A stretch of 64,000 bases of DNA from Candidatus Eiseniibacteriota bacterium. Lineage in GTDB: Bacteria; Eisenbacteria; RBG-16-71-46. The notes beneath the pieces were generated by a model that was not told the origin of the DNA, did not search any database, and saw nothing but the letters and a program-made list of their open reading frames with translations. Within the stretch, counting starts at the first letter, position 1. Each line of letters begins with the position of its first letter. Where the stretch lies: assembly GCA_963744995.1 (NCBI GenBank), contig CAVUWA010000010.1, positions 352,001 through 416,000 on the forward strand. The letters run 5' to 3'. A program made the position numbers and the translations under genes. Positions 60,636-64,000 of this stretch are shown piece after piece.

Positions 60636-62701
60636 CAGTTGCCGGCCTCCCGGTCCGACTTGATCACCAGGAACCTGCCGACCGTCCTCTTGCCCGAGCC
60701 GGCGTCCTCGACCGAGTACAGGTAGAGACCCGTCGCCGCGGCCTGCCCTTCGCGGGTGATCAGGTCCCAGGCGAACATGCGTCCCGACAGCGTCGGCGCG
60801 GGAACGTCGAGCTCGCGGTTCGGATCATAGAGTCCGCGGGTGCCCTGGCCCTGGTAGGTGTTCGCGTCGAGATCCGACTCGAACACCAGATCCCCGGAAA
60901 GCGTGAAGATCTTCAGCTTGCCGCGCTCGGGCAGGTTCGCGAACCAGAGGTAGTGATCGCGCACCAGCGTGCCCTGGTCCCAGCGCGCCTCGACGCGGTA
61001 CGGGTTCGGGAACACGGTCACGCCCGTGCCCGGCCGCTCGCCCGCGGCCGGTCCCGGCACGAACATGCGCTTGTTCTGCGCGATGCCGCTCTCGAGCGAC
61101 TCGATCTCGACGTTGCCGAGGTCGTAGGCGGTGACCGCAGCGAAGTACTTGAAACCGTTCCGCAGCGAAGCGACCGTGTAGCGGTAGTGGTAGGTCACCC
61201 CGTCGATCTCCACCGGTGGATCGAGCTTCACGGCGGCGAAACCGGTATTGAAGCCGGTGGTGTCGTTGGGCGGCGTCGCGCGGTCGAACTGGGCGATGCG
61301 CTTGAGGTCGAGCCGGTCATCACCCATGTAGACGCGGTAGCCTTCGAAGTCGAGCGGGTTGGGGCTGGTCGGATCCATCGCACTCTCGGGCGAATCGTCC
61401 CAGTAGAAGTCGGCCGCGTTGTCGTGCGCGACCACGGTGAAGCGCGGCGAGGGCGGCGGCACCGGCACGATGTAGTCGCGGTCGTAGGCGCGCTGCGCGA
61501 AGCGCGAGTGCTCCTGGATGTCCGGAATCTCGGCGCCGCCGACGATGGCGAAGTCCACCTCGACACTGTCGCCCGGGTCGATCTGCCGGAACGGCCCGAC
61601 CGCGAGCAGACTCACCGGATCGCCCGAGGTCGGCTGGAAGTCGTCGCCGCTCAGATCCTGGATCGTGCCCGCCGTCATCAGCTGATAGCGCTCGATGTCC
61701 TCGTCGCGCAGCGCGCTGCCGGGCGCCCATGTCCAGGCCGCCAGCGTCACCTTCTTGTCGGTCGTGTCGGCCAGGTCGCCGGGCTTCGTGCCGAGCAGCT
61801 TGAGCCCGATCCAGTACGGCACGAGCGGCAGGTTGCAGCTCTCGGGCGCCGGGCGCGTGTTGCAGTAGTGCTCGCGAAACAGGCGCAGCGAATCATCGTA
61901 CTGAATCCACTTCTTGCTGAACCAGCTGCCGAGCACGCTGCCGCTGCTGCTCGGCGGCCACACGCTGTACAGGTTCTTCGGTCCGCTCGCGAACTCGTTG
62001 TACATGCCCACCCAGGCATTGCGCAGCGGCGGGCCGTTGTTCTTGATCACGTAGTGGAAAATGATCAGGTGCTGGTAGTCGGAGAACGACCAGCCGTAGT
62101 TCTCCTGGCGGATCAGCAGTTGCATCGGGCGGCTGCGCTCGCTGGTGTTGTCCGCCTGCTTCGCGGGCACGTCGCTGAACTCCGACACCAGGTCCTGTTC
62201 GCTGACCGCGTTCGGGTTGAAGAACTTGTTGTTCGGCAGCGTCGAGCGCACCTCGATGTCGAGGCCGGCCGGGGTGTATTCGCTCGCATTGGCCGCCGAG
62301 GAGCCCTGGCCGCCGTCCACCGCGCCGGTGGCCACGCTCGTGAACGCGCCGTTGTCGTCGATGGCCTCCGCCCCGATCCACAATCCGCCGCGCACCATGT
62401 GCTCGTAGCCGCTGCCCAGCGGGTATTCGAGCGACGGCGAGCGCGAGACGAAGTTGTTGCCGATGAAGCCGTAGTTGGTGATCGTGACCCCGACCAGGTT
62501 GACGTCCATCACGCGCAGCGCGTAGCGGATCGAGTCGGCCAGCGCACTCGCGGGCGCCACGCCGCGGTACCCGGGCGGCTGGACGTGATCTTCGGTCGCC
62601 GCGGCCCGGCCCGCGGCCGGTACGAGCAGCGCGGCGGCGCACGCCGCGGCCAGTGCCCAGCCCGTCCGGACCCGCACCCCCATGCCGAAGCCCCCGTTCA
62701 A
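60635..62701 (-). CDS. Large secreted protein with FN3-like region and PNPY-type (T9SS-A-like) C-terminal domain
   Basis: Signal peptide; ITNYG, EYP.GSG.EH..GGLWIG, VSEQD, PPPSP, DFEGYRVY, YFAAVTAYD, VFPNPY...WDL.T..GQ..ATGLYLY.VE. Start TTG 62701 or ATG 62683. Confidence 0.8.
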   Translation of the reverse strand: MNGGFGMGVRVRTGWALAAACAAALLVPAAGRAAATEDHVQPPGYRGVAPASALADSIRYALRVMDVNLVGVTITNYGFIGNNFVSRSPSLEYPLGSGYEHMVRGGLWIGAEAIDDNGAFTSVATGAVDGGQGSSAANASEYTPAGLDIEVRSTLPNNKFFNPNAVSEQDLVSEFSDVPAKQADNTSERSRPMQLLIRQENYGWSFSDYQHLIIFHYVIKNNGPPLRNAWVGMYNEFASGPKNLYSVWPPSSSGSVLGSWFSKKWIQYDDSLRLFREHYCNTRPAPESCNLPLVPYWIGLKLLGTKPGDLADTTDKKVTLAAWTWAPGSALRDEDIERYQLMTAGTIQDLSGDDFQPTSGDPVSLLAVGPFRQIDPGDSVEVDFAIVGGAEIPDIQEHSRFAQRAYDRDYIVPVPPPSPRFTVVAHDNAADFYWDDSPESAMDPTSPNPLDFEGYRVYMGDDRLDLKRIAQFDRATPPNDTTGFNTGFAAVKLDPPVEIDGVTYHYRYTVASLRNGFKYFAAVTAYDLGNVEIESLESGIAQNKRMFVPGPAAGERPGTGVTVFPNPYRVEARWDQGTLVRDHYLWFANLPERGKLKIFTLSGDLVFESDLDANTYQGQGTRGLYDPNRELDVPAPTLSGRMFAWDLITREGQAAATGLYLYSVEDAGSGKRTVGRFLVIKSDREAGN

Positions 62702-63894
62702 TTGCGCCTCTGATAGCGGATCACCTTGCCGGCGCCGCGGTCGGCCACGTAGACGAGCGAATCGTCGGCCGCGACCGCGACCGGATCGGCGAGCGCCTGT
62801 CCGTCCGCATCGAGCTCGACGTTGACGACCTGGGTGTAGGTCTGGTCCGGGCCGTAGCGCACCACCCGCGCGTTGCCGTTGTCGCAGATGTACAGGTTGC
62901 CCTGCAGGTCCACGACCACGTCGTCGGGGCCGTTGAACGGCGTGCCGCTCAAGCCTCCGTCCAGGAAGTAGAAGCCGGTGCTGGTCATCCGGTCACTGAG
63001 CTTCTGCACCCAGTTCTTGCCGTAATCGGCGGCATAGAGCGCCGCGCCGCCGGTGCGGCTCCAGTAGAGACCGCGCGGATCCACGATCGTGCCGAGTCCC
63101 GAGCCCTCTTCGACCGCAAACGTCGTGTCGCGGTGCCAGGCGGCGCCCGGCATGTCGCGATCGCCCGGGATGTTGCCCGGGTAGCGCGGACCGCGCGCGT
63201 AGCGATAGACGCGGTACTGGAACAACCGCGTGCGCAGACGCGCGTCGTTGGGGTCCAGCACGTAGATGATCGCCGTCCCGGCGACGTAGACGTTGCCCTG
63301 ATCGTCTGCCGCGACGCCGGTCACCGCCGACATCGTCGTGTCGGTGAAGGTGCTGATCGTGTCGCCGCCGATGAGCCCGTACTCACGCACGCGCCAGGTC
63401 GCGGAAAGATTGGTGACGCGACGGCCGTTCGCCGTGTAGCTCGGGTCGCAGATCCCGGGCGTCGCCGGATTCGTGCGCGCGAGGCACGAGTCGCCCGCGT
63501 CGAGCACGAAGATCCGACCGGTGCCCGAGCCGCCCGATGAGCCCGCGGTGAGCGCGATGGGACTGAACAGCGTGGCGAACGATACGCCCGGGATCGGATC
63601 CGGCACGCCGGTCGCGAGCTTGCGCGCGTAGGAGCGCACCTCGCCGCGCGGCGCGAGCGAACTGCCGCCGTTGTTGAACAGCAGGAACAGCTGGGTGCCG
63701 GCGCCCTGCGTGAGCAGGATGTCGCGGATCCCGGAAAGCCCCGACCACGTCGCCACCATCTGATAGCTGCCGTCGCCCGGAATCACGCGCAGGCGGTTCT
63801 CGGTCGGCAGGTCGAACTTCGCGCCGCATCCGGGCGCCACGATCAGCGCCAGGAGCAGGGCGAACGGCGAGAGGCGAACCAGCGTGCGCCGCAT
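62698..63894 (-). CDS. NHL/beta-propeller lipoprotein
   Basis: APG|C lipobox; FNGPDDVVVDLQGNLYICDNGN.RV and DPVAVA..LVYVAD NHL-like repeats. Confidence 0.8.
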   Translation of the reverse strand: MRRTLVRLSPFALLLALIVAPGCGAKFDLPTENRLRVIPGDGSYQMVATWSGLSGIRDILLTQGAGTQLFLLFNNGGSSLAPRGEVRSYARKLATGVPDPIPGVSFATLFSPIALTAGSSGGSGTGRIFVLDAGDSCLARTNPATPGICDPSYTANGRRVTNLSATWRVREYGLIGGDTISTFTDTTMSAVTGVAADDQGNVYVAGTAIIYVLDPNDARLRTRLFQYRVYRYARGPRYPGNIPGDRDMPGAAWHRDTTFAVEEGSGLGTIVDPRGLYWSRTGGAALYAADYGKNWVQKLSDRMTSTGFYFLDGGLSGTPFNGPDDVVVDLQGNLYICDNGNARVVRYGPDQTYTQVVNVELDADGQALADPVAVAADDSLVYVADRGAGKVIRYQRRN

Positions 63895-64000
63895 CAGAAC
63901 CGCCATCCGAGCGACACGCGGTTCACCCCGCCGAGGTAGCCGCCGTCCGTGTACGCGTAGTCCACGGTCAGCCGCGTCTGGCCGATCTTCGCGAACAGGC
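63894..64000 (-). CDS. C-terminus of a PorV/PorQ-family outer-membrane beta-barrel (partial)
   Basis: Translates ...LFAKIGQTRLTVDYAYTDGGYLGGVNRVSLGWRF*; DYAY...G.LG...R.SL...F ending with terminal Phe. Its stop overlaps the next ATG. Confidence 0.7.
   Translation of the reverse strand, partial: LFAKIGQTRLTVDYAYTDGGYLGGVNRVSLGWRF

Overview
A 64-kb, very GC-rich, gene-dense bacterial chromosomal segment with about 51 protein-coding genes (two truncated at the window edges). I found no rRNA, tRNA, CRISPR array, integrase or transposase. Housekeeping genes include clpB, aceE, metH, a znuABC-type transporter, an E2-lipB-DUF2203-nadA-lipA cluster, a PTS IIA protein, sixA and several peptidases. 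They are interleaved with many secreted or lipoprotein genes. Three proteins end in a FlgD-Ig/T9SS-like sorting tail (PNP...WDG...G..L..GVYF.R), and a PorV/PorQ-like barrel heads an operon at the right edge. Together with the high GC, this suggests an FCB-superphylum candidate lineage such as Ca. Eisenbacteria (inference). The most interesting observations are: (1) a PorV/PorQ-headed surface-protein operon with T9SS-like cargo; (2) a cluster of NuoK-like and NuoL/M-like membrane proteins that appear to lack the charged proton-pumping residues, downstream of a PTS IIA gene; (3) a protein with cohesin-like, dockerin-like and sorting-tail domains; (4) tandem beta-helix paralogs with a sigma54-type promoter; (5) tandem secreted M3 peptidases, the first broken by a +1 frameshift, preceded by a REPIN/MITE-like inverted repeat; (6) a double palindromic operator over a consensus promoter; (7) several apparently leaderless genes; and (8) a tiny Met-rich acidic lipoprotein. 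All family assignments come from motif recognition by eye; no database searches were run.
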